Virus record (IMG/VR): IMGVR_UViG_3300034351_000048
Span: 1 to 64,000 of that record
Reading direction: 5' to 3' (one strand)
Origin: a virus
Length of the DNA stretch: 64,000 bases
The notes under the pieces were generated by a model. The model was not told the origin of the DNA, did not search any database, and saw nothing but the letters and a program-made list of their open reading frames with translations. A program made the position numbers and the translations under genes. Of this stretch, positions 51,019-59,364 are shown piece after piece (the stretch's first letter is position 1; every line of letters starts with the position of its first letter).

Positions 51019-51659
51019 AAAAATTTAAAGAAATCCTAAAAAAAGTTTGGGAATTTATAAAAAAACATCTCGATAAAATAATAATTATTGGGGTTATATT
51101 AATTTTAATATTAAATATTTTTAATTTAAATAAAACTAACCCCGATATATCTAAACTTGAAAAAACGATTGAAGAACAAAGAAAAAAATTAGATAAAAAA
51201 GATAGCGAATTACAAGTAAAAATCCAAGAACTTAAAAATAAGAGCTCAGAATCAGAACTTTTTAGGCAAAAAGGTATACAATTACTAAACGAGTTAAAAA
51301 GTGCTAAAAATGATAGTAATTTTAACGCCTATTTGAATTATTTTACATTTGCTTCTGAGTTTTCTATTTTTAACGAGAATTTTGCTAAAGAAAATGAACA
51401 AACTTATATAATGCTTACTGGATATTATAACGAATTAGTTGTATATGATAATCAACTAAAAGAATATAAAAAAGCTGTAGACACACAAATATATAAATTA
51501 TCTGTAATACCTTATGTAATGGGTTGGAAATCAGATAAGTTTTATATAGGTGGTGGAATAGATTTAAGAGTTCCTATTAACTATAAATTTGCTATTATTG
51601 GAGGGGTTGGATATTATAATCAACCTTTTGTTAAAATTGGAATTGATATAAAATTTTAA
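51015..51659 (+). CDS. spanin-like protein (TM + coiled coil + C-terminal beta strands)
   Basis: N-terminal TM, heptad region, ends FVKIGIDIKF. Confidence 0.45.
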   Translation: MKKFKEILKKVWEFIKKHLDKIIIIGVILILILNIFNLNKTNPDISKLEKTIEEQRKKLDKKDSELQVKIQELKNKSSESELFRQKGIQLLNELKSAKNDSNFNAYLNYFTFASEFSIFNENFAKENEQTYIMLTGYYNELVVYDNQLKEYKKAVDTQIYKLSVIPYVMGWKSDKFYIGGGIDLRVPINYKFAIIGGVGYYNQPFVKIGIDIKF

Positions 51660-51664
51660 TTTAA

Positions 51665-51994
51665 TTATATTCCTATACTTGTATCTGATTTTGTATTACT
51701 ATTATCTACGATATTATGAGTTACTTTACACTTATCATCAAATATATCACTCCAAGTATTATTTGGATATTCACAATCTTGAAATTTACAATCCTTAATA
51801 ATACAATTATCAAAAGAAGCTTTCTTAAAGTCGCAATTTATGAATCTCATATGTTTGAATGTAATGTTTTCAAAAACAGTTGTAATAGTTTCGTTTTCGA
51901 TTGTTTCATTTTCAAAAGTTGTATTATTCCCGATAAAATAAAGTTCACTTTTCCCATCTATTTTATCGAACTCTAAAAATTTTTTAAAAGTCAT
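51665..51994 (-). CDS. pentapeptide-repeat-like protein
   Basis: FENIT FKHMR FINCD FKKAS FDNCI IKDCK FQDCE periodicity. Confidence 0.7.
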   Translation of the reverse strand: MTFKKFLEFDKIDGKSELYFIGNNTTFENETIENETITTVFENITFKHMRFINCDFKKASFDNCIIKDCKFQDCEYPNNTWSDIFDDKCKVTHNIVDNSNTKSDTSIGI

Positions 51995-52368
51995 TATTTA
52001 TTCTCCTTATTTGAAATCTTTTCCATAAAATTTTCTAATACACTTTTACATATAAATAACATATCGTTTTGTGTATAAAAATCTTCGTAAAATTTGATTT
52101 TTATTTTTCTTATTTCGACAAATTTAGATAAATTCTCATCTTCATAAATATTTTCTATAATTTCAAAATGTGAATCATTTATATCTATAAATCCATGACT
52201 GAATATGATTTCATATGATTTCTCATTTTCATAAAAATATTCTAAATATAAATATTGAGCTTTATCAGAAAAAGACATATCTCTTTCTATCTTAATATTT
52301 GGGTTATATTTATATATTATATTTCTGAATTCATTTTTTGTCTTATGTATAAAATCTAAATTATCCAT
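51994..52368 (-). CDS. hypothetical protein
   Basis: ORF with GGAG RBS. Confidence 0.6.
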   Translation of the reverse strand: MDNLDFIHKTKNEFRNIIYKYNPNIKIERDMSFSDKAQYLYLEYFYENEKSYEIIFSHGFIDINDSHFEIIENIYEDENLSKFVEIRKIKIKFYEDFYTQNDMLFICKSVLENFMEKISNKENK

Positions 52369-53138
52369 TATCGATTCTCCTTACCGAATAATTCAGAAGC
52401 TAAATCATACAAATCTTTTAATTTACCATTTTGATCTATAATATCTAATTTTGTTAATTTACCTGTTTCTTTTTGTTTTCTTTCTCTTGCGTATACATCA
52501 AAATGATATCTATACTTGAACTGTAAATATAACTTTTTCCAAGTATCATGCATACTCAAATATTTAGTTTGAGCGTATGTTCTAACAATAAGATTAATTT
52601 TTGATCTTGTAGTTAATTCATTTGCATTGTCATGAGAAAGGGGTAATTCATTAAAAGTATTCTCGTTTTCTTCCTGAACTTGTTTTATAGAATTTACATC
52701 TTCTTGTAATTTTAGCATGTTTTCTTCATGTTCAACTAATTTATTTACACAAGCTTGTAAAGCATATATATTAGACAAATCAGGCCTTTCTATTTGTTTT
52801 TCTTGTATTTCTTTTAATTTAAAGTAACTTTTAACAAGTTTATTATAAACATCCCATGCCTCAGGAGTCCCAATACTTTTAGCGTGTTTTAAGGCTCCTG
52901 ATTCTGTCCATAGATATATAGGGCGTTTTCCATTTTTGTTATCTTGAAATTCACGATAACTATTATCACTAAATGATATAATCAAATAATCAATATTTTC
53001 AATATATTTCTCATTGTTTCTATTAAAATTGTAACTTATAATTTTTGTATCAACACCATAAAATTCTGCTAATTCTTTAGTTGTTAATACAATAGTGTCA
53101 TTATATTGTTTTTGATTTAATTTTGAAATGTCGGTCAT
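52368..53138 (-). CDS. ORF6N-domain antirepressor-like protein
   Basis: N-half highly similar to 17119..17868 with a different C-terminus; the start at 53138 matches the paralogue and an AGGAG RBS. Confidence 0.8.
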   Translation of the reverse strand: MTDISKLNQKQYNDTIVLTTKELAEFYGVDTKIISYNFNRNNEKYIENIDYLIISFSDNSYREFQDNKNGKRPIYLWTESGALKHAKSIGTPEAWDVYNKLVKSYFKLKEIQEKQIERPDLSNIYALQACVNKLVEHEENMLKLQEDVNSIKQVQEENENTFNELPLSHDNANELTTRSKINLIVRTYAQTKYLSMHDTWKKLYLQFKYRYHFDVYARERKQKETGKLTKLDIIDQNGKLKDLYDLASELFGKENR

Positions 53139-53252
53139 GTTAAGACTCCTATTAAATAAAATATCATTCATTATAAAATGAAAGGGGATAAAAATTTCAT
53201 TTAATAGGATTAGAGAATTATCCCGGTTTCCTAATCCTATTAAAAATCTATG
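53139..53252 (-). ncRNA. structured 5' leader C (candidate RNA switch)
   Basis: 14-bp stem UUUAAUAGGAUUAG/CUAAUCCUAUUAAA, loop GGGAUAA complementary to UUAUCCC, small hairpin UUCAUU/AAUGAA, and UCCUAUUAAAU pairing with AUUUAAUAGGA. Confidence 0.7.
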
Positions 53253-53360
53253 TAAAATAAACCCCGAAGTATATAGATCGTAAATGAGGTGGTATCGGGG
53301 TTTATACTAAAAAATATTAAAGGAGATCAAATGAAAAAATTAATTTTCAATATTAGAAAA

Positions 53361-53444
53361 TGCGAAGTAAAGGAATCGAACCTTCAAGCTCTTACGAGCG
53401 GCAGATTTTAAGTCTGTTGCGTTTACCTGTTTCGCCAACCTCGC
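53361..53444 (-). tRNA. tRNA-Leu (anticodon TAA)
   Basis: Acceptor GCGAGGT/ACTTCGC+A, anticodon loop CTTAAAA, long variable arm GCTC-GTAA-GAGC, GGTTCGATTCC; CCA not encoded. Confidence 0.9.
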
Positions 53445-53503
53445 AAAATTACCACTTAACGTGGTAAAAACAATTTGCCAAAAAGTATTTTTATCATAAT
53501 TTA

Positions 53504-53586
53504 AATATACTAAATTAGATTAAAACAGTCAAATTTATTTTAAATAAAATTTAAAAGTTGACTTTTTATAATCATTTTAGTATATT
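53504..53586. promoter_or_regulatory. divergent sigma70-type promoter pair
   Basis: TTGACT-N17-TATATT on minus (53504-53532) and on plus (53558-53586). Confidence 0.7.
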
Positions 53587-53605
53587 TAAATTGTGGAGGT
53601 GAAAT

Positions 53606-54370
53606 ATGATAGATAAAGATAAATTAAGATTATCACCAACAAAAATTTTATTATACCAACAATGCCCTTATAAATTTAAAAAACAGGTTATAGATAAAGA
53701 TTATAAACCTTCAATATGGTTAGATTTAGGATCAGTTACACATGGTATTATTGAAGAACTCACAAAAAATCGTATGGAAAAAGATACAAGTTTTATAAAT
53801 TTGTTTATAGATGATTATTTAGATAAAACAGAATATAATAATACAGAAAAACAAGAAATTAAAAAAACATCCACAAATATGGTTGATACTTGTTATAATT
53901 CTATAGATGATTTTATAAGGAAATTGGAAGATTATTATGTAGAAATGTGGTTTGAAACTAATTTAAATGGATTTAAGTTTGTAGGTAAATCAGATTTAAT
54001 AGGTAAATCCAAAAACGGTAATTATTATATTGTAGATTACAAAACAAGTAAACCAAATAAAAAAACAGGTTTACACTATGAAACGGATTTTGACCAATGG
54101 TTAATGTATGCTCTATTGTTTAGAATAGATAAAAGATTAGAAGGATTGAACCCTATTTGTAGGGCTTGGTATTTAAGAACTAATACCATACATGAAAAAA
54201 AGTTCACAAATGATGATATAGATAAAATATTTATAAAAGCTCATTGTATATTGGATATGATAGACAATGACATATATAATTACAATAAAAGCGGTGAGCG
54301 AAAAGGATTTCACCCAAAAAGAAACAAATTTTGTAATTGGTGTGATTATAATAGGATATGCAGGAGGTAA
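53606..54370 (+). CDS. PD-(D/E)XK (RecB/Cas4-like) exonuclease
   Basis: LSPT..CPYK, GSVTHGIIE, GKSDLI, IVDYKTS, QWLMYA, CNWCDYNRIC (four Cys, likely Fe-S). Confidence 0.85.
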   Translation: MIDKDKLRLSPTKILLYQQCPYKFKKQVIDKDYKPSIWLDLGSVTHGIIEELTKNRMEKDTSFINLFIDDYLDKTEYNNTEKQEIKKTSTNMVDTCYNSIDDFIRKLEDYYVEMWFETNLNGFKFVGKSDLIGKSKNGNYYIVDYKTSKPNKKTGLHYETDFDQWLMYALLFRIDKRLEGLNPICRAWYLRTNTIHEKKFTNDDIDKIFIKAHCILDMIDNDIYNYNKSGERKGFHPKRNKFCNWCDYNRICRR

Positions 54371-55268
54371 TGTGGCAAATATTCTTAAAGAATTAAATGG
54401 TGTAAATTATCATACAATTGGAAAGTATCTTGGAAGTAATAAAGAACATATATTCTACCTTGTATATTTGGATGAGGAACAAAAATTACAAAAAAGAATT
54501 GAAGAAAACAAAGATAAAATATATTCTGATATAATACGAATACCTATACAAAGCTTTATAGATAATGATGTGTTTAAAAAGTGGAGTTCTAAAGATATTG
54601 TAGTTGATTATTTCAGTGATAAAACAAAAATAGAAAAAAAATTAGTAAATGATTTTATAGATGGAAAAGAAAATTCTTATGAAATAGCATTAGAAATAAA
54701 TAGGTATATAAAATTCTTTGATTGTGAGTTAAAATCTATACATAGAAATAAATCGTTAAAAGAACAAAAAAAACAAAAGATAAGAGTTATAATGAACCGA
54801 TTGTTTGATTTATTCTATGATTACAATATATCTTTAAAATCTTTTATTATGATAATGGAATCAAGCAAAGGTAAACTCTATAATGCTGTAAATAATTATA
54901 GAATTAGTAGAAATATACAACAACATTTAAACCTATTTTTACATGATTTTCCTACTAAATATGAAGAAAAGAAGAGATTATTTTTAGAATATATTGAACT
55001 ATACAAAGATGTTAAAAACATGCTATGTGTTTATAGAGACAAAATAAATAAAGAGAGATTTAAGCTAAACTATCAATACTACAAAATATTTTTAGATACT
55101 CCTATAGTAAAGGTTCAAAAGCTTATGGATATTTATACATACGTGAGAAATAGAGGTTTAATGTCTGTTGATGAGCCTTTAAGATTAAATTTTAATGAAA
55201 ATATAGAGAAGTTGAAAGTCTTAAATCAAATTGCGGATATAAAAGAATTTAAAGATTTGGCTTTGTAA
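54371..55268 (+). CDS. hypothetical protein
   Basis: Track ORF 54267..55268; AGGAGG favours a GTG start near 54371. Confidence 0.65.
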
Positions 55269-55544
55269 AAATATTTTATTTAAATTTGACTTTTTTAAAT
55301 TTATTGTTATATTTTAATATATATTATTTATCATAGATTAATTAATTGCTTCCCATAACCTCTTTTAAAAAGAATTATGAGGAGTTGGAATTCAAAATCA
55401 ATATCTTCAATAGAAGAAATAATTTGCTTTACATGCCTTTTATATGAGCTATGGTCGGAACTCATATGATAAAAATCTAAACACCTCTTAATTTTTCAAA
55501 TAAAATTACTTGACTTTTAAAATAGTTTTATTATTATTTATAAG

Positions 55545-55666
55545 TATAAACTAAAAATTAACCAGATTAAGATATATACCGACTTTCTTAATCTTGTTAG
55601 TTTATATGTTGTCGGTACATCCACCTTTGGTGGGTGAACATATTTTCTAACAAGGTGATAAAAACC
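55545..55666 (+). ncRNA. structured 5' leader D (candidate RNA switch)
   Basis: Long hairpin, loop UACCGAC (55577-55583) complementary to GUCGGUA (55611-55617), hairpin CAUCCACC-UUU-GGUGGGUG, AUCUUGUUAG pairing with CUAACAAGGU; promoter TTGACT at 55510. Confidence 0.7.
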
Positions 55667-56350
55667 ATGTCAAATTTAATAAAAATAACAAATAACATCT
55701 CAATTGAAGAAATACTCTACAAAGGACAAAGAGTATTAACTTCAAAGCAACTTGCCGAAATTTACAATTGTAATGAAAGGCAAATCCGTCAAAACTTTAA
55801 TAATAATAAGGATAAATTTATTGAAGGTAAACATTATGTTAAGCTTATTGGAGAAGATTTAAAAGAATTTAAGAAAGATATTAAAACAAAAAATTTAGTA
55901 AATAAATACACACCTGAATTAAATTTATTCACTTTGAAAGGTTGCTTATTACAAAGTAACTTCATTACATCTATCAATGATAAAAATTTACAGTCTATTT
56001 ATAAATATTTTGGGGTTGAAAATAATCTTACAATAGGTAATTCTATTCAAAGAACAGAGTATTATTATTTAGATGAACTTAGAAAGGCTTTCGATGGAAT
56101 ATTTGATATAACTTCACAATTGACTATAGGAATGTATAGAATAGATTATTACATACAGAAATACAATATAGCAATAGAATGTGATGAAAACAATCATAAC
56201 GATAGAGATAGAGACTATGAAATACAAAGAGAAAAGTTTATAAAAAAAGAATTAGGTTGTAAAATTATACGATTTGATCCTAAATTTATATCTATTGGAG
56301 AATTAATAAATAAAATCTTATGTGCTATAAAGGAGATGGATAATGAATAG
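55667..56350 (+). CDS. ORF6N + DUF559/Vsr-like endonuclease domain protein
   Basis: YKGQRVLTSKQLAEIY...FIEGKHY; YRIDYYI...IAIECDENNH...IIRF. Confidence 0.8.
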   Translation: MSNLIKITNNISIEEILYKGQRVLTSKQLAEIYNCNERQIRQNFNNNKDKFIEGKHYVKLIGEDLKEFKKDIKTKNLVNKYTPELNLFTLKGCLLQSNFITSINDKNLQSIYKYFGVENNLTIGNSIQRTEYYYLDELRKAFDGIFDITSQLTIGMYRIDYYIQKYNIAIECDENNHNDRDRDYEIQREKFIKKELGCKIIRFDPKFISIGELINKILCAIKEMDNE

Positions 56351-57107
56351 TATTGTTAAAATAACTGAAAATATCATGATAGAGGAAATAATTTATAATG
56401 GCAAAAGAATGCTTACTTCAAAGCAATTAGCAAGTATCTATGATACAGAGTTGAAAAACATACAATATAACTTTAAATATCATGAAAATAAATTTATTGA
56501 AGGTAAGCATTATATTAAACTTTCTGGAAATGAATTAAAAGAATTTAAAGACTTACCTGGAATTTCAAGGTTAGTTTCTAAAAATACCCCCACGCTGGTT
56601 TTATGGTGTGAAGAAGGTGCCGTTTTAATGGCTAAAACTATAAACACAGATCAAGCATGGGAAGTTTCACATAAGCTTGTAAATTTTTATTTTGAAAATA
56701 AAGATCAAAAACAAATTCCTGAAAACCTATCTAAACTTGAAATATTAAAGATGGCTTTGGAAAGTGAAGAAAAGAGAATAAAATTAGAAGAAGAAAATAA
56801 AAAATTACTTCCAAAAGCTGAATTTTACGATGCCGTTACACAAAGTGAAAACTGGACTTCTATTGGAAAAGTTTCAAAAATATTATCAATTAAGAATTTA
56901 GGTAGGAATAATTTATTCAAAAAATTAAGAGAATTAGGATTATTAAGTCCTGAGAATGAACCTTATCAACCTGGTATTGAAGCTGGATATTTTAAAGTTA
57001 TAGAAGAACCTTATGAAAAATCCGACGGCAGTGTAGATATATACTACAAAACCGTCGTTTCTCAAAAAGGTATTGACTATATACTAAAAAAATTGAAAGA
57101 ACAATAA
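56343..57107 (+). CDS. ORF6N + ANT/KilAC antirepressor-like protein
   Basis: LTSKQLASIY...FIEGKHY; PKAEFYDAV...GRNNLFKKLRE...PYQ...GYF...VSQKGIDYI. Confidence 0.85.
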   Translation: MNSIVKITENIMIEEIIYNGKRMLTSKQLASIYDTELKNIQYNFKYHENKFIEGKHYIKLSGNELKEFKDLPGISRLVSKNTPTLVLWCEEGAVLMAKTINTDQAWEVSHKLVNFYFENKDQKQIPENLSKLEILKMALESEEKRIKLEEENKKLLPKAEFYDAVTQSENWTSIGKVSKILSIKNLGRNNLFKKLRELGLLSPENEPYQPGIEAGYFKVIEEPYEKSDGSVDIYYKTVVSQKGIDYILKKLKEQ

Positions 57108-57168
57108 TTGATAAACAACCCCCTGGTGTAGGGGGTGTAACTATATTAACTTAGAGGAGATTTTACAT

Positions 57169-57927
57169 ATGATTTTACCAATCATCTTTAATAAAGATAA
57201 TAAAACTAATCTAAAAAGGCAAATTTTAAAAGAAAAAAAATTAACTCCAACCGAAAGATTAATTTTAATGGATATATGTGATTACATTGATATTGGCTAT
57301 CATAAAGAGAAAATCAACTATGCTTATTGTTCTTATATACACCTAAGTGAAGAATTAGGAATTTCTAAAAAAACTGTTATAAATTCTATAAAAAAATTAG
57401 AATATTTAAAATATATAAAAATCGAAAAAACTAAAAATTCTACTAATAAATATTTTTTATTATCAAATAATTTTACAAAAAATAAGAATTTTGAAGATGA
57501 TACAAGTAGTGAAAAAATTACACCACCTAAAAATATAGAACAGAATAACATTAAAGATGAATTTATACCTAAAGAAGGTAGTGAAAAATTTACACTGGGG
57601 GTGGTGAAAAATTTACACCCAATATATAAGAATATAAGAATTAAGAATTCTAGAATAAAGAAATTTAAAAAAAAGAAAGAAAAAAATTTGATTAATAATA
57701 AAAATTTTATATCATTTACAGATGAGTATAATAAATTTAAAAAAGGAGCTTTTATGAAAGATCCAGATGATATGACTTTAGAAGAGAAAAGAGAAGAGGT
57801 ATTGAAAATGTTTGAGAATGTTCAAACAGAGGAAGAAATATTAAAAAAAAGAAAGAAAATGGAAGAACAAAAAAAGAAGTTTATGAAAGAGTGTGAAGAA
57901 AAAGAAAATAATGAATTTTATTATTAG
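57169..57927 (+). CDS. replication initiator (N-terminal winged HTH)
   Basis: LTPTERLIL...SYIHLSEELGISKKTVINSIKKLE...NKY; internal iterons; precedes DnaB. Confidence 0.75.
   Translation: MILPIIFNKDNKTNLKRQILKEKKLTPTERLILMDICDYIDIGYHKEKINYAYCSYIHLSEELGISKKTVINSIKKLEYLKYIKIEKTKNSTNKYFLLSNNFTKNKNFEDDTSSEKITPPKNIEQNNIKDEFIPKEGSEKFTLGVVKNLHPIYKNIRIKNSRIKKFKKKKEKNLINNKNFISFTDEYNKFKKGAFMKDPDDMTLEEKREEVLKMFENVQTEEEILKKRKKMEEQKKKFMKECEEKENNEFYY
57506..57662 (+). repeat. putative replication origin iterons
   Basis: GTRGTGAAAAAWTTACAC at 57506, 57578 and 57601 followed by AT-rich TAAGAAT repeats. Confidence 0.7.
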
Positions 57928-57935
57928 GAGATTTT

Positions 57936-59261
57936 ATGACTGATACACTTAGAATGAGTTTACCTTATAATGAATATGCTGAAAAGGCTTTATTAATAAA
58001 GATATTACAAAATATAGATAACGATATCATGGAAAACATGGTGTCGAGGCTTAAACCAAATGATTTTTATAATTCTGAATATAAGAAAATTTATAAGAAA
58101 TTTTATGATTTATATAATGCTGATAAGGAATTTACAAAATCTAATTTAATTGAAACTATGAATGACGGTTCTATTTTAGATGATACTCTTAGATCACTAA
58201 TGGAACCAAGTTATAACACGGATACTACGAACACTTTAATTAATGTGATAAAGCAAAAATCCTTATTGAGAGTTTTTATAAAAAAACAAACTGCCTTAAT
58301 TGAGAAGGCTTATCAAAGCGATAATTTAGAATCTTTAACAGAAGAAGCTAACCAGATATTTACACAATTATCTAATATGACTACAGATCAGGATTTGAAA
58401 CAAATTGGAGAAGATTTTGACAACTTCGTTTATGGGTTAGAAAAGAAAGTAGTTGGGCATATTATACCAACTTATTTGAAAGATCTTGATAATACAATAG
58501 TTGGGTTTAAAAAAGGCGAGTTTGTAACTTTAGCCGGTAGACCTGGAATGGGTAAGAGTGCTTACATGTCAACAATGGCAAAAAATCAAGCTCAACACGG
58601 ATTTAAAGTTGGTATTTATAGCTTAGAAATGACTAAAGATACCGTTTTTTCAAGGTTGGTTTGTGATATTTGTAATGTTGATTCAAAAAAGATTAGACAA
58701 CGAGATTTTACAAACGATGAAATAGAAAGAATTGTTGATAAAAGAAAAGAGATTAGAGATTTACCAATATATCTTAGTGATAGTCCTTATACGGATGTAT
58801 TAAAAATAAAAGCAAATGTCCGTAAATTACATAAACAAACAGGTATTGATATTCTATACATAGATTACCTTGATTATTTACTTAATTTTTCTGATAAAAA
58901 TGTAAATGTTAAAGATCAAATAGCAAACATCACAAAACATTTATCGCAATTAGCTAAGGAACTTGGAATAGTTGTTGTGTTACTATCACAATTAAACAGA
59001 GATATTGAAAGCCGAAAAGACAAAACACCTAAACTGTCAGATTTAAAGAATAGTTCAAATATTGAACAAGAAAGCGACATGGTGTTATTTGTGGATAGAC
59101 CTGACTATTACACTGATAAAAAGTATGAAGATAAAGAATGTGAAATAGCTTCTATACATATAGCTAAAAACAGGTCGGGTTCTCCTGGTAAGATAGATAT
59201 AGAATTTGAGAAGAAATATATAAGATTTAAAGATTTATCATCAGAAAATTTTGATTCTTGA
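57936..59261 (+). CDS. dnaB: replicative DNA helicase
   Basis: LAGRPGMGKS, SLEM, IDYL, LSQLNR, DLKNSSNIEQESD, IAKNRSG. Confidence 0.95.
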   Translation: MTDTLRMSLPYNEYAEKALLIKILQNIDNDIMENMVSRLKPNDFYNSEYKKIYKKFYDLYNADKEFTKSNLIETMNDGSILDDTLRSLMEPSYNTDTTNTLINVIKQKSLLRVFIKKQTALIEKAYQSDNLESLTEEANQIFTQLSNMTTDQDLKQIGEDFDNFVYGLEKKVVGHIIPTYLKDLDNTIVGFKKGEFVTLAGRPGMGKSAYMSTMAKNQAQHGFKVGIYSLEMTKDTVFSRLVCDICNVDSKKIRQRDFTNDEIERIVDKRKEIRDLPIYLSDSPYTDVLKIKANVRKLHKQTGIDILYIDYLDYLLNFSDKNVNVKDQIANITKHLSQLAKELGIVVVLLSQLNRDIESRKDKTPKLSDLKNSSNIEQESDMVLFVDRPDYYTDKKYEDKECEIASIHIAKNRSGSPGKIDIEFEKKYIRFKDLSSENFDS

Positions 59262-59364
59262 TAAAATTTTATTATATTATAAATGATTTTCTAATTTTGA
59301 AAATTTAAATTGTTCATAATTACCCTCCTTTATTGGAGGGGTATTTTAACAAAGAGGAAATAAG

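Noticed and set aside
53331-53411. 26-aa ORF with AAGGAG RBS antisense to tRNA-Leu
   Set aside because: Overlaps the tRNA on the opposite strand and has no plus-strand promoter; treated as non-coding
53606-54370. Cas4-like nuclease as part of a CRISPR system
   Set aside because: No repeat-spacer array or other cas genes seen; solo PD-(D/E)XK exonucleases are common in phage recombination modules
9468-55666. Conserved leader peptide or antisense promoter within the four leaders
   Set aside because: The AUG/GUG codons in the small hairpins give inconsistent frames and lengths, and no consistent -35/-10 was found on the opposite strand
19698-59261. Inteins or introns in TerL, capsid or DnaB
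   Set aside because: Lengths are ordinary and no splicing motifs or interruptions were seen
57936-59261. Host assignment from DnaB, DnaN or sheath type
   Set aside because: The lipoprotein and beta-signal hint at a low-GC diderm host, but taxonomy cannot be fixed without a search
59262-59364. Fifth copy of the RNA switch upstream of the second antA
   Set aside because: Only a single imperfect TACCCTCC/GGAGGGGTA hairpin; no 7-nt pair or anti-RBS duplication
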